Source: an uncultured delta proteobacterium (GTDB lineage Bacteria > Desulfobacterota > Binatia > UBA9968). Taken from it: a stretch of DNA of 64,000 bases. The translations under genes were made by a program, and so were the position numbers. Below are positions 48,827 through 58,569 of the stretch, piece by piece. Every line of letters starts with the position of its first letter. The first letter of the stretch is position 1. Location: positions 128,001 to 192,000 of the forward strand of contig CAVTUQ010000007.1 in assembly GCA_963737905.1 (NCBI GenBank), written 5' to 3'. Below the pieces are notes generated by a model that saw only the letters and a list, made by a program, of their open reading frames with translations, had not been told where the DNA came from and ran no database searches.

Positions 48827-49701
48827 CCACTATTACCTGCGCAAAGATGGAGGATGGTCGCTTTGGATTCTCCCTGAGGAATGGACGGAAGAACTCTGGC
48901 AGGTCGTCTTGGCGCTCGTAGAAAAGCAGCCATCCTCCAAGCACCCGCAAACGCTGCAAGTAAAAGCTCCCTTTGCTGCGGATGGTGAATTACTTTTTTT
49001 GAAAGTGTTTCACGGTTCCTCCGGCATGGGCGCGCTCAAGGGGTTCTTCCGAGATTCCAAGGCTTTTTGCTCCATGGGCCAAGCGGCCGCGTTGGCGCGG
49101 TTCAATTTCAAGGTGCCGATTACGGTGGCTGCCGGAGAAAAGAGGGAGCATCGCTTCTTACGAAAGGCATTCGTCTTGACCGTGGCAGTGAAGGGCCAAT
49201 CCTTGCCCGCTTTCCTTGGACAATACGGCTTGGGTTGTAGCGGTATTTCGCTGTTTGACAAAGCGCAACGGTTTAAAGGAGTTAGCTATGGAAGTTCGAC
49301 GCTTACATGACCTGGGCTTTGTGCACGGCGATCTTGTTCCCACGAACATCTTCGTATCCCGGGCTCCCGGAAAGGGAAGCGGTTTTTTTTTCATGGACAA
49401 TGATCGCACCCATCATTATCCGAAATGGATTCCGCAACCTTTTTGGCGGCGCAATCTGGTACAGCTAAATCGCATTCCGCTTCCTGGAATAACCCTTCAA
49501 GATCGCGTGCGGTTCTTGCGCCATTACCTCGGGGCAAGCGAATGGGGAAACAAGGAACGTCAACTGCTTGCATGGCTCGAACAGAAGACCCGTCAACGCC
49601 GTGTAGAGTGTGACGCGGTGGATTCGAGCTTGAGTTTCAGGGAGCTGATGCGGTGGCAAGAGTTAGGGCAGTGTTCTCATGAAAATCGCGCTCGTTCATA
49701 A
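48810..49701 (+). CDS. LPS kinase (InaA/WaaP/Kdo family) with an apparent +1 frameshift near 49260
   Basis: N-terminal half contains FLKVF. C-terminal half contains LHDLGFVHGDLVPTN, MDND and RNLVQLN in the adjacent frame. Confidence 0.75.
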
Positions 49702-50833
49702 GCGATTAGATAGAAGGGGCGGAACCGAATTAGACTTCTATCGGACCGCCAGCGGTCTAAAAGATCTCGGCCACGAGGTTCATTTATTTTGTAGCGAATT
49801 TGCAATTGAGCCGCCACCGGGCACTTATACGCATTCCATACCCATCGTGCCGCTAGGGCGCACGGCGCGACTGTGGAGTTTTGCCAGAGGTGCTCCAAAG
49901 ATAATGCGTCCGTTCCCATGTGACGTGGTTGTCAGCTTCGGACGTATGATCTCGCAAGATGTTCTTCGCAGCGGCGGCGGTTCCCATCGGGCATTTTTGC
50001 AGAAGTCGGGTGCGGAGGGTGGGCTCGGACGGCGACTGTGGCAAGATCTGAGCCCGTACCACCGGACCCTTCTTGCTTTAGAACAGCGACAATTTCAGCC
50101 AGATCATTACAAACGAATCCTCGCGGTATCCGAAGAGGTCAAGCGGGAACTGTTGGGTACCTATGCTATCCCCGAAGACAAAATCACTGTGATTTATAAC
50201 GGCGTGGACGAGCAGCGATTTGATTTCAGCTTAGGCGATAAATTTCGTGCGCCTATAAGACAACAATGGCATATTCCATTGGATGCGCCTGTGGTCTTAT
50301 TTGTCGGAAACGGCTTTCGCCGGAAAGGCTTGGATCGTTTGCTGAAAGCATGGAGTTCACCGCAAATGAAAGACACGTACCTTGTGGTAGTTGGGGAAGA
50401 CGCGCAACGGGCCAGGTACAAAGCGCTAGCCGAGGAGCGGGCCAGGGGTAAGGTTATCTTCGTCGGAAGACGCGACGACGTCGAGAAGTATTACGGCGCA
50501 GCGGATCTGCTGGTGCTACCGGCAGTCCAAGAGGCTTTTGGCAATGTGGTTTTGGAGGGCTTGGCGGCGGGATTGCCCGCTGTGGTGAGCGCAGTCGTCG
50601 GTGCATCCGAGATTCTCGAGGGTGGACTGGCGGAAGGGATCATCGCCCATCCAGAGGATCCGAAGGACATGGCAGCCAAGCTGTTGACGATGCTCGAGCG
50701 AGGCCGCAATCGGGCGTTTTCCGTGGAGGCCAGAAGGTTGGCTGAAGGGTATTCATGGAACAACCATTTCAAGAAGTTAGACGGGTTCCTTAAAGACCTT
50801 GTTGAAGAGGGTGGGTGTGGATCACCAGCCTGA
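49679..50833 (+). CDS. Glycosyltransferase family 4 (WaaG-like)
   Basis: GGTE, YNGVD, FVGNGFRRKGL, EAFGNVVLEGLAAGLP. Confidence 0.88.
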   Translation: MKIALVHKRLDRRGGTELDFYRTASGLKDLGHEVHLFCSEFAIEPPPGTYTHSIPIVPLGRTARLWSFARGAPKIMRPFPCDVVVSFGRMISQDVLRSGGGSHRAFLQKSGAEGGLGRRLWQDLSPYHRTLLALEQRQFQPDHYKRILAVSEEVKRELLGTYAIPEDKITVIYNGVDEQRFDFSLGDKFRAPIRQQWHIPLDAPVVLFVGNGFRRKGLDRLLKAWSSPQMKDTYLVVVGEDAQRARYKALAEERARGKVIFVGRRDDVEKYYGAADLLVLPAVQEAFGNVVLEGLAAGLPAVVSAVVGASEILEGGLAEGIIAHPEDPKDMAAKLLTMLERGRNRAFSVEARRLAEGYSWNNHFKKLDGFLKDLVEEGGCGSPA

Positions 50834-51695
50834 ATTTGTCTTGGAGAAGCGGGGATCGCTGTCGATACGGGTGGCACGGACTTTCGCCAACGACCTAGTA
50901 CCTGACATCGCGCCCGATCCGGATCGCCTGTTTCACTTACCGGGATGCGTGATCATCAAGGACCAGAGAAAAATTAAAGTCGCGCGTATCAAGGTGAAAA
51001 TTCAAGGGAACGCGAAAACGGTCTATCTCAAACGTTATAATACCTTCTCTTGGCGCTATCGGTTCGGATCTATCTTTCAGTTCTCCGGGGCCGTCAGGTC
51101 ACTCCATGGAGCTGCAATTTTGTCCCAATCCGGCATCGCGACGGCGCGTCCATTGGCTGCGGTCGACTCGAGATCATGGGGAATGTTGGACGGAAGTTTT
51201 TTTCTATCGGAGGAGATCGAGAATGGGAAGACCGCGGACGCGTATTGGCGGGAAGAACTGGTGACTATCAAAGGGAAAGAGGGAATGCAGAGGCGCAACC
51301 GGTTCTTACGACGAATGGGTGAGTTGTTTCGTCGCCTGCATGATCAAGACGTTTATCATAACGATCTCAAGGACGCCAATATTCTCGTCTGTCGAGATTC
51401 TAGTGGAGGCGCCGAGCACTTTTATCTCCTCGATCTGGAAGGCATTCGCCGCTATCGGAAGTTGAATCGGCGGCGGCAGGTTAAGAATCTGGTCCAGTTA
51501 AACCGCACGCTGGGCAAGTATCTACGAGCGACAGACAAGCTTCGCTTCCTTGAAAGCTACATGGGGTCGTCGTTTTCAAATCGAATCGATAAGAGAGATT
51601 GGGTCGCAAGCGTTCTCACACAAAGTAACCGTCTGGATCGCCTTCAAAACATCAAGGTGTCGTCTATTGCAATGGCAGGAAACACCGGCGCGTGA
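50817..51695 (+). CDS. LPS kinase (InaA/WaaP/Kdo family)
   Basis: VYLKRY, LHDQDVYHNDLKDANIL, LLDLE, KNLVQLN. Confidence 0.82.
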   Translation: MDHQPEFVLEKRGSLSIRVARTFANDLVPDIAPDPDRLFHLPGCVIIKDQRKIKVARIKVKIQGNAKTVYLKRYNTFSWRYRFGSIFQFSGAVRSLHGAAILSQSGIATARPLAAVDSRSWGMLDGSFFLSEEIENGKTADAYWREELVTIKGKEGMQRRNRFLRRMGELFRRLHDQDVYHNDLKDANILVCRDSSGGAEHFYLLDLEGIRRYRKLNRRRQVKNLVQLNRTLGKYLRATDKLRFLESYMGSSFSNRIDKRDWVASVLTQSNRLDRLQNIKVSSIAMAGNTGA

Positions 51696-51713
51696 ATCCT
51701 GATTTTATTCTAA

Positions 51714-52283
51714 ATGGCCTTTAAGTTTCAGCCACTAGAAATCCCAGACGTAGTCTTGATTGAAGCTCAGGCTTTCGCAGATGAGCGCGGCTTATTTATG
51801 GAGAGCTACAAGAGATCCGCGTTCTCGGCCCATGGGATTCACGACACCTTTATACAGGACAACTACTCTCATTCACGTCAGGGAGTACTCCGAGGGCTCC
51901 ATTACCAGAAACTGCCTAAGGCTCAGGCTAAACTGGTAACCGTTTTGAGAGGGCAAATTTTTGACGTCGCGGTGGATATCCGGCGGGACTCCCCGACTTA
52001 TCGCCGATGGGTGGGAAAGGCAATCTCCGCTCAGGATGGTTGCTTGCTTTATATCCCGGTGGGTTTTGCGCATGGTTTTTGTGTGCTCAGCGAAGAAGCC
52101 GATGTTTTTTATAAAGTCACGGCAGAGTATGCCCCGGAGCTAGATCGAGGCGTCATTTGGGACGACCCCGACATCGGTATTCGTTGGCCCATCCGCGCTC
52201 CGACGGTTTCCCTCAAAGATGCCAAGCTCCCTTTGCTTAAATCATCCGACAACGATTTTCTATACGAGGAGACGGCCTTGTGA
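51714..52283 (+). CDS. rfbC: dTDP-4-dehydrorhamnose 3,5-epimerase
   Basis: DERG.FME, QDNYSHS, LRGLHYQ, DVAVDIR, GFAHGF. Confidence 0.93.
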   Translation: MAFKFQPLEIPDVVLIEAQAFADERGLFMESYKRSAFSAHGIHDTFIQDNYSHSRQGVLRGLHYQKLPKAQAKLVTVLRGQIFDVAVDIRRDSPTYRRWVGKAISAQDGCLLYIPVGFAHGFCVLSEEADVFYKVTAEYAPELDRGVIWDDPDIGIRWPIRAPTVSLKDAKLPLLKSSDNDFLYEETAL

Positions 52284-52341
52284 ATATCTTGCCTAGGGAT
52301 CGTCTGCCCCCGATTGGAAGCCAGGGAAGGAGATCCTCAAC

Positions 52342-53223
52342 GTGATGCGAGTCGCCGTCATCGGCAGCACGGGACAATTGGGGACCGACCTTCTAGATGT
52401 TTTGGTGGAAGCCGGACACTATGAAGTGTTCGGACTCAGACATCACGAAATCGAATGCACCGATCCGGTATCGATAAGAAAGGCATTTAAAACGGCGCGC
52501 CCGGACATCGTCGTCAATTGTGCCGCCTTTGTCCGGGTTGATGAATCCGAGGATCGTCCGGACGATGCCTTTCGGGTGAACAGCCTGGGCGCCCTCGCTG
52601 TGGCGCGGGCTTGCGCAGAGATGGGCGCCGTCTGTGTTTACATCAGCACTGACTACGTTTTTGATGGCAAAAACGGATCTCCCTATACGGAAAGCGACGC
52701 GCCGCATCCGATCAACATTTACGGCGTCTCCAAACTGGCGGGAGAATACCTCGTTCAGCAGGCTTGTTCCCGCTGGCTCGTAGCGCGAATGGCGAGCCTA
52801 TTTGGAAAAGCCGGTTCCAGCGGGAAGGGCGGAAACTTCGTAGAAACAATCTTGGCCAAAGCAAAAGCCGGCGAGCCGTTGAGGTTAGTCGACGATATCC
52901 GAATGTCCCCCACATACACCCGAGACGCGGCACTGGCCTTGGAAAGACTTCTTCGGGAAGGGGCTCTAGGGCTTTTTCATTTGGTGAATGCCGGCAATTG
53001 CACCTGGTATGAGTTTGCCTGCAAAGCTCTGGAAGTCGCGGGGCTGCGTCACAGAATCGAGCCAATATTGTCTTCGAGCTACCCGATGAGAGCCCGCCGT
53101 CCTAAAGATTCCAGCTTGGAAAGCACGAAACTCAATCGGTCTCTGAAGGAGTGTCTCCGTCCCTGGGAGGACGCCCTCGAATCCTATTTGCGGGGGAAAG
53201 GCTATCGGTCCTCGTCGGCCTAA
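52342..53223 (+). CDS. rfbD: dTDP-4-dehydrorhamnose reductase
   Basis: GSTGQLG, NCAA, ISTDYVFDG, YGVSKLAGE, SPTY, RP..S.L. Confidence 0.92.
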   Translation: MMRVAVIGSTGQLGTDLLDVLVEAGHYEVFGLRHHEIECTDPVSIRKAFKTARPDIVVNCAAFVRVDESEDRPDDAFRVNSLGALAVARACAEMGAVCVYISTDYVFDGKNGSPYTESDAPHPINIYGVSKLAGEYLVQQACSRWLVARMASLFGKAGSSGKGGNFVETILAKAKAGEPLRLVDDIRMSPTYTRDAALALERLLREGALGLFHLVNAGNCTWYEFACKALEVAGLRHRIEPILSSSYPMRARRPKDSSLESTKLNRSLKECLRPWEDALESYLRGKGYRSSSA

Positions 53224-53332
53224 AGATTACTGGTGCTGAAGTTCTGAGTAGGCGGCATCGGTAAAGTATGCTATAGAGTAACCCTACATTCGAAAATAAC
53301 CTTAAGTCTCTAAAAATTTTCCCAACCCATCC

Positions 53333-54271
53333 ATGAATTTGCATGTTCTCGTCACCGGCGGTGCTGGCTATCTGGGGTCTGTGTTATGCGAGCGTCTGCT
53401 CGCCGCCGGATACCGGGTAACAGCCGTGGATGATCTGATGTATCAACAGCGAAGCTTGCTTCACCTCTGTGCCAACCCACACTTCGATTTTGTCTTGGGA
53501 GATGCGCGGGACAAAGAGCTGATGCAGCGTCTGGTGAAAGAGGCCGATGTGCTGATTCCCCTTGCCGCCATCGTAGGAGCACCCGCGTGCGACCGAGACC
53601 CGTTGCTGGCACGGTCAGTCAATCTGGAAGCCGTTCGACTCCTCAATGATTTGCGGAGTGCTCAACAGCCGATCATCTATCCGACTACCAATAGCGGCTA
53701 CGGTACGCAGTCCGGCGACCTCTTTTGCACGGAAGATACGCCACTGCAGCCGATCTCACTTTACGGTCAGACCAAGAGTCAAGCTGAGGCAGAACTATTA
53801 GAGGCGCATAATGTGATTACGTTAAGATTGGCGACGGTGTTCGGCATGTCGCCGCGCATGCGTCTTGACTTGTTGGTCAACCATTTTGTCCATGCGGCCA
53901 TCACGGATGGTTACCTTGTCATTTTCGAGAAGGACTTTAAGCGCAATTACATTCATATTCGCGACGTGTCGGATTGCTTTGTCCATTGCATCGATAACTT
54001 TAAAAGAATGGCGGGGCGACCCTACAATGCCGGCCTGGACGCCGCCAACCTGTCCAAGGAAGAATTGGCATTGAAGATCAAAGCGTACGTGCCCAATTTC
54101 TACATTCACTTCGCCCAGGTAGGATCCGATCCGGATAAGCGCAATTACGTCGTTTCGAATCAGCGATTGCGTGAGGCTGGCTTTGAAGCCCGGCGCTCGC
54201 TGGACGATGGAATTGGAGAGCTGCTCAAAGGATATCGGATGACGGGACGGGCTCGGTTTAAGAACGTTTGA
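53333..54271 (+). CDS. Extended SDR resembling GDP-D-glycero-D-manno-heptose 4-dehydrogenase (Campylobacter Cj1427-like)
   Basis: TGGAGYLGS, PLAAIVGAP, YPTTNSGYG, YGQTK, RLATVFG.SPRMRLDLLVN, DPDKR. Similarity to Cj1427 is from recall, not a computed alignment. Confidence 0.75.
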   Translation: MNLHVLVTGGAGYLGSVLCERLLAAGYRVTAVDDLMYQQRSLLHLCANPHFDFVLGDARDKELMQRLVKEADVLIPLAAIVGAPACDRDPLLARSVNLEAVRLLNDLRSAQQPIIYPTTNSGYGTQSGDLFCTEDTPLQPISLYGQTKSQAEAELLEAHNVITLRLATVFGMSPRMRLDLLVNHFVHAAITDGYLVIFEKDFKRNYIHIRDVSDCFVHCIDNFKRMAGRPYNAGLDAANLSKEELALKIKAYVPNFYIHFAQVGSDPDKRNYVVSNQRLREAGFEARRSLDDGIGELLKGYRMTGRARFKNV

Positions 54272-55050
54272 AAGGCCATGGCGCAGTGCCAACGGAAATG
54301 TCAACTTCGAACTTGCGACGAACCGATGCCGTGCGTGAATTAACTGAGGTCACGGCGGCGATACTCGTTGGGGGACTGGGGAGCCGGTTGCGTCCCGCGG
54401 TGACCGGTCGTGCGAAGGCGCTTGCCAACGTGGGAGAACGACCCTTTCTCACCTATCTGTTCGATCAGCTCGTTGCGGCGGGCACGAGAGACGTCGTGTT
54501 GTGCACAGGATACCTAGGCGATCAGATACCCATGATATTCGGTGAATCCTATGGCACCCTCCGCCTTAGCTATTCCCGGGAATCCACGCCACTGGGGACG
54601 GCAGGTGCGCTTAGATTGGCGCTGCCATTGTTCAACTCCAATCCTGTGTTGGTGATGAATGGCGATTCGTATTGCGACGCAAACCTCAAGGAGTTTTGGT
54701 TTTGGCACGGTAGGAGGCAGGCGGCGGCGACGTTGTTTCTCACCAAGGTTTTGGATAGCGAGCGTTTTGGGCAAGTACAAGTCGATCACTATGGCCTGGT
54801 AACCGACTTTAAAGAGAAGGGCAGCGGAGGGGGCTTGGGTTGGATTAGTTCGGGTATTTATCTGCTAAGCCGTGATTTGCTGGCGGAGATTCCAGCGGAT
54901 CGCGCCGTCTCTCTGGAGCGAGAGGTTTTCCCGAACTGGATCGGCCGCCGACTTTATGGCTTTCAACGGGAGGCCCGATTTATAGATATCGGAACGCCGG
55001 AAGCCTATGAGAGCGCACAATCGTTTTTCGCTACGGGTTTGGGGAGATGA
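54268..55050 (+). CDS. hddC: Nucleotidyltransferase, HddC-like heptose-1-phosphate guanylyltransferase
   Basis: ILVGGLGSRLR, PLGTAGAL, NGDS, SLEREVF, FIDIGTPE. Adjacent to gmhB and hddA. Start uncertain. Confidence 0.75.
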   Translation: MKGHGAVPTEMSTSNLRRTDAVRELTEVTAAILVGGLGSRLRPAVTGRAKALANVGERPFLTYLFDQLVAAGTRDVVLCTGYLGDQIPMIFGESYGTLRLSYSRESTPLGTAGALRLALPLFNSNPVLVMNGDSYCDANLKEFWFWHGRRQAAATLFLTKVLDSERFGQVQVDHYGLVTDFKEKGSGGGLGWISSGIYLLSRDLLAEIPADRAVSLEREVFPNWIGRRLYGFQREARFIDIGTPEAYESAQSFFATGLGR

Positions 55051-55616
55051 AGCGGCGGCCATTCGTATTGCTGGATCGCGATGGAACCATCATCGTTGAG
55101 CGCCATTATCTTGCAGACCCGCGGCAGATTGAATTTTTGCCCGGGGCAATCAACGGCCTGCGTCAAATGCGCACCCTGGGACTTGGGTTAGTGGTGGTAA
55201 CCAATCAGTCTGCAGTCGGACGCGGCTTCTTTGATGAGAGCCACTTGAATCTCATTCATCGCCATCTCTGCGAACTCCTGAAAGACGAGGGCATCCAGCT
55301 AGGAGGCATCTTTTTTTGTCCCCATACGCCCGAGACGAATTGTTCCTGCCGCAAGCCTCGCCCCGGTCTGGCCGAGCGAGCGGCCCAAGAGCTGGCATTT
55401 GATCTGCAAGCGAGTTTTCTCATCGGTGATAAACCCGCCGATATTGAATTGGGGCGAAATGTCGGGGCAACGACATTTCTAGTGCGCACGGGTTATGGTG
55501 CGGGCTTTGTGAACGATCCGACCGTCCATCCAGACTACGTCGCCAATGATTTGTCGGCGGCGGCTCAAATCATGGAGAGCTTGCTCGATGCCAATGAGCG
55601 CAACGTGGTGCCATGA
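55047..55616 (+). CDS. gmhB: D-glycero-D-manno-heptose-1,7-bisphosphate 7-phosphatase
   Basis: LDRDGT, TNQS, CPH...CSCRKP, IGDK..D. Confidence 0.9.
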   Translation: MKRRPFVLLDRDGTIIVERHYLADPRQIEFLPGAINGLRQMRTLGLGLVVVTNQSAVGRGFFDESHLNLIHRHLCELLKDEGIQLGGIFFCPHTPETNCSCRKPRPGLAERAAQELAFDLQASFLIGDKPADIELGRNVGATTFLVRTGYGAGFVNDPTVHPDYVANDLSAAAQIMESLLDANERNVVP

Positions 55617-56689
55617 TCATTAGCAGGACGCCATTTCGTGTTTCTTTTTTCGGTGGCGGAACCGACTACCCGGTATGGTACCGCACCTATGGTGGAGCGG
55701 TGCTGGCCACGACCATCGACAAGTATTGCTATCTAACTTGCCGTTATTTGCCGCCCTTTTTCGAACACAAGATTCGCGTCGTCTATTCGAAAATCGAGAA
55801 TTGCCACAGCGTTGAGGACATCGCCCATCCGGCTGTGCGGGAGATACTACGCTACTGTAGGATCGATCGTGGTGTGGAAATTCATCATGATGGCGATCTG
55901 CCCGCCCGCAGCGGAATGGGCACGAGTTCATCTTTCACCGTGGGCCTGTTGCATGCTCTTTATGCTCTCAAAGGACAGATGCCGTCCAAAGCGCAACTGG
56001 CTAGGGAAAGCATCGGTATCGAGCAGGAGATTCTCAAGGAGACCGTGGGGTCTCAGGATCAAGTCTTGGCGGCCCACGGCGGTCTCAATCATGTGGTTTT
56101 CCATACCAGCGGTGAAATTACGGTGAAGCCCGTAACGGCAACTGTGGGACGGGTCAACGAGCTCAATCGGCACTTGATGCTGTTCTATACCGGGATTCGG
56201 CGGACAGCCTCCGATGTTGCGGAAAGCTACGTTAATGGTCTGGAGGACAGGGAGAGGCAACTCCGAATTATTGGCGACCTGACAAACGAAGGTGTGTCGG
56301 TTCTTTGCGGCAAGAGCAAAATCTTTGTTTTTGGCGAATTGTTGCATAAAGCCTGGCAAGTAAAGCGGGATCTCAGCTCTAAAGTTTCGAATTCGGAGAT
56401 TGAAGAGATCTACACCGAAGCGATGTCAGCTGGGGCGGTTGGTGGAAAACTGCTGGGCGCCGGTGGGGGCGGGTTTATTCTTTTTTTTGTGCCCCCTGCC
56501 AAACACACTGCCGTGAAGCGAAGACTCAACAAGCTAATTTATGTTCCCTTCAAGTTTGAATCCTCGGGTAGCCAAATTATTTTTTTTGATCCGGAACAGG
56601 ATTATTCTCGAGAGGAAAGGGCGCGCATATTTCCACCTGACTTGGTCTTTCGGGAGCTTTCGATCAAGGCCATCAATCATAAACCGTGA
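55613..56689 (+). CDS. hddA: GHMP kinase, D-glycero-alpha-D-manno-heptose-7-phosphate kinase-like
   Basis: RTPFRVSFFGGGTD, DLPARSGMGTSS, GSQDQ, GKLLGAGGGG. Confidence 0.82.
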   Translation: MIISRTPFRVSFFGGGTDYPVWYRTYGGAVLATTIDKYCYLTCRYLPPFFEHKIRVVYSKIENCHSVEDIAHPAVREILRYCRIDRGVEIHHDGDLPARSGMGTSSSFTVGLLHALYALKGQMPSKAQLARESIGIEQEILKETVGSQDQVLAAHGGLNHVVFHTSGEITVKPVTATVGRVNELNRHLMLFYTGIRRTASDVAESYVNGLEDRERQLRIIGDLTNEGVSVLCGKSKIFVFGELLHKAWQVKRDLSSKVSNSEIEEIYTEAMSAGAVGGKLLGAGGGGFILFFVPPAKHTAVKRRLNKLIYVPFKFESSGSQIIFFDPEQDYSREERARIFPPDLVFRELSIKAINHKP

Positions 56690-57624
56690 AGCAAACCGAT
56701 CGTATCTACGTTGCCGGCAGTGAGACTCTCGTCGGAAAAGGGCTCCTGTGTCGATTGGCTTTGGCCGGCTATTCTAATGTCGTCGATACTTCGTCCGTAG
56801 AGCCAGACCTGACCGATGGCGCGAAGGTCAATGCGTATTTCGAAGCCACGAAGCCGGATTATGTCTTTCTCGCGGCCGGCACGTCGGGAGGTATTGGAGC
56901 CAATCAAAAGTATCCCGCCGACTTGATGCTCAATAATCTATTGATTCAATGCCAGATCATTCGCAGCGCCCAACGGCATGGTGTCCGAAAGCTCTTATAT
57001 TTGGCAAGCTCCTGTACCTATCCGCGCTCCAGTCCGCAGCCGATGCAAGTCAAATCCCTGATGACAGGGCCATTGGAGGCTACCAGCGAAGCCTACGCGA
57101 TGGCAAAGATTGCCGGCATCAAGCTATGTCAGGCGTACCGCCAGCAACATGGTGCGGATATGATTAGCGTAATCCCGGGTGATGTCTTTGGGCCCGGCGA
57201 TGATTTCAGCTTGGAGGACGGCCATGTCATCGCCGCCCTCATTCGTAGAATGCATCAAGCAAAAATTGACGGCGCGCAAACGATCGAAGTCTGGGGCTCA
57301 GGTTCGCCGCGGCGGGAATTCATCTTTGTCGATGACGTTGCGGATGCGGCCATCTTCTTGATGCAACGCTATAGCGATCCGACGCCCGTCAACGTGGGCA
57401 ACGGAGCTGAGATGTCGATCAAGGATATTGCCGAGCTGATTCGAAGAGTGGTCGGCTACGAGGGCCAGTTGCGATTTGATCCCGCAAAGCCGGATGGCAT
57501 GCCGCTGAAAGCGCTCGACTCCAGCGAGCTGATGGCGATGGGATGGCGGCCAAAAGTTTCTCTGCGGGCCGGTTTGGAAGAAACCTATCGCTGGTTCATG
57601 GATACCAACAAAGATGCCGTCTAA
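56686..57624 (+). CDS. GDP-L-fucose synthase-like epimerase/reductase (Fcl/WcaG/ColC family)
   Basis: GGIGAN, SSCTYP, YAMAK, HVIAALI, WGSGSPRREF, KPDGMP. Confidence 0.85.
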   Translation: MKQTDRIYVAGSETLVGKGLLCRLALAGYSNVVDTSSVEPDLTDGAKVNAYFEATKPDYVFLAAGTSGGIGANQKYPADLMLNNLLIQCQIIRSAQRHGVRKLLYLASSCTYPRSSPQPMQVKSLMTGPLEATSEAYAMAKIAGIKLCQAYRQQHGADMISVIPGDVFGPGDDFSLEDGHVIAALIRRMHQAKIDGAQTIEVWGSGSPRREFIFVDDVADAAIFLMQRYSDPTPVNVGNGAEMSIKDIAELIRRVVGYEGQLRFDPAKPDGMPLKALDSSELMAMGWRPKVSLRAGLEETYRWFMDTNKDAV

Positions 57625-58567
57625 AGAGATATACGAGAGGCTCTACCGATCGCTCTACCGGATTCGGCGGGCAGAGGAGGAGATTGCGCGAATCTATCCC
57701 AGCGACAAGATCAAGAGTCCGGTACACCTTTCCATCGGGCAGGAAGCGGTTTCCGTTGGAGTCTGCGAAGCCCTGCGGCCACAGGATGTGGTTTTTGGGA
57801 CCTACAGGAGCCATGCCTATTATTTGGCAAAGGGTGGCGATCTAAAAAAGATGATTGCCGAACTTTACGGCAAAGCCACGGGTTGCGCCAAAGGGAAGGG
57901 AGGTTCCATGCATCTTATCGACGCAGCTCATGGGATCATGGGCGCTTCGGCCGTGGTGGGGACGACGATCCCCAATGCCGTCGGTTATGCCTACGCGCTA
58001 AAGCTGCAAAGAAAAGACTCTATTGTGGTTAGCTTCTTCGGGGACGGCGCGACGGACGAGGGAGTCTTTTACGAAAGTCTAAATTTTGCCGCACTGAAGC
58101 AGCTGCCGATTATTTTTGTGTGTGAGAATAATTTTTACGCCATTCATACCCATTTGCTGCACCGGCACAGAGACGTGAATTTATGCGAACGGGTAAGCGC
58201 CTACGGCATTCCCGCCGAACAGATCGCGGCCAACGACATACTCAAGATTAATGAACGGGTAAAGGCTGTTGTTGACCTGTTGCGCGCCAACCAAGCTGGA
58301 CCGTTCTTCTTCGAATGCTTGACCTATCGCTGGAAAGAGCATGTTGGACCCAACGATGATTTCCATTTAGGCTACCGCAGTTACGAGGAGGCTCGTCCCT
58401 GGATAGAGGGAGACCAGGTTAGGCGGCTGTCGGCTCTTATGGCGCCGGAAAGCCGTGGGGGTATAGAGGCCCAGGTGGAGGAAGAAATCCAAGCGGCCTT
58501 CGCCTGTGCGGAGAATGATGCCTTCCCGCAGGCACACGAGTTGCTGACCGATGTGACTGGAGACTAG
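57614..58567 (+). CDS. ThDP-dependent enzyme, E1-alpha-like subunit
   Basis: HLSIGQEA, YRSH, GKGGSMH, GDG...ENN ThDP motif, YRWKEHVGP. Confidence 0.9.
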   Translation: MPSKEIYERLYRSLYRIRRAEEEIARIYPSDKIKSPVHLSIGQEAVSVGVCEALRPQDVVFGTYRSHAYYLAKGGDLKKMIAELYGKATGCAKGKGGSMHLIDAAHGIMGASAVVGTTIPNAVGYAYALKLQRKDSIVVSFFGDGATDEGVFYESLNFAALKQLPIIFVCENNFYAIHTHLLHRHRDVNLCERVSAYGIPAEQIAANDILKINERVKAVVDLLRANQAGPFFFECLTYRWKEHVGPNDDFHLGYRSYEEARPWIEGDQVRRLSALMAPESRGGIEAQVEEEIQAAFACAENDAFPQAHELLTDVTGD

Positions 58568-58569
58568 AC

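Noticed and set aside
49250-49270. Phase variation as the cause of the LPS kinase frameshift (also near 60700)
   Set aside because: No long homopolymer or short-sequence repeat at either site. Similar indels hit hisS, so sequencing error is more likely.
52284-52341. Cobalamin-riboswitch-like words (CTGCCCCCG, AAGCCAG, GGGAAG)
   Set aside because: The spacer is under 60 nt and lacks the required helices and order.
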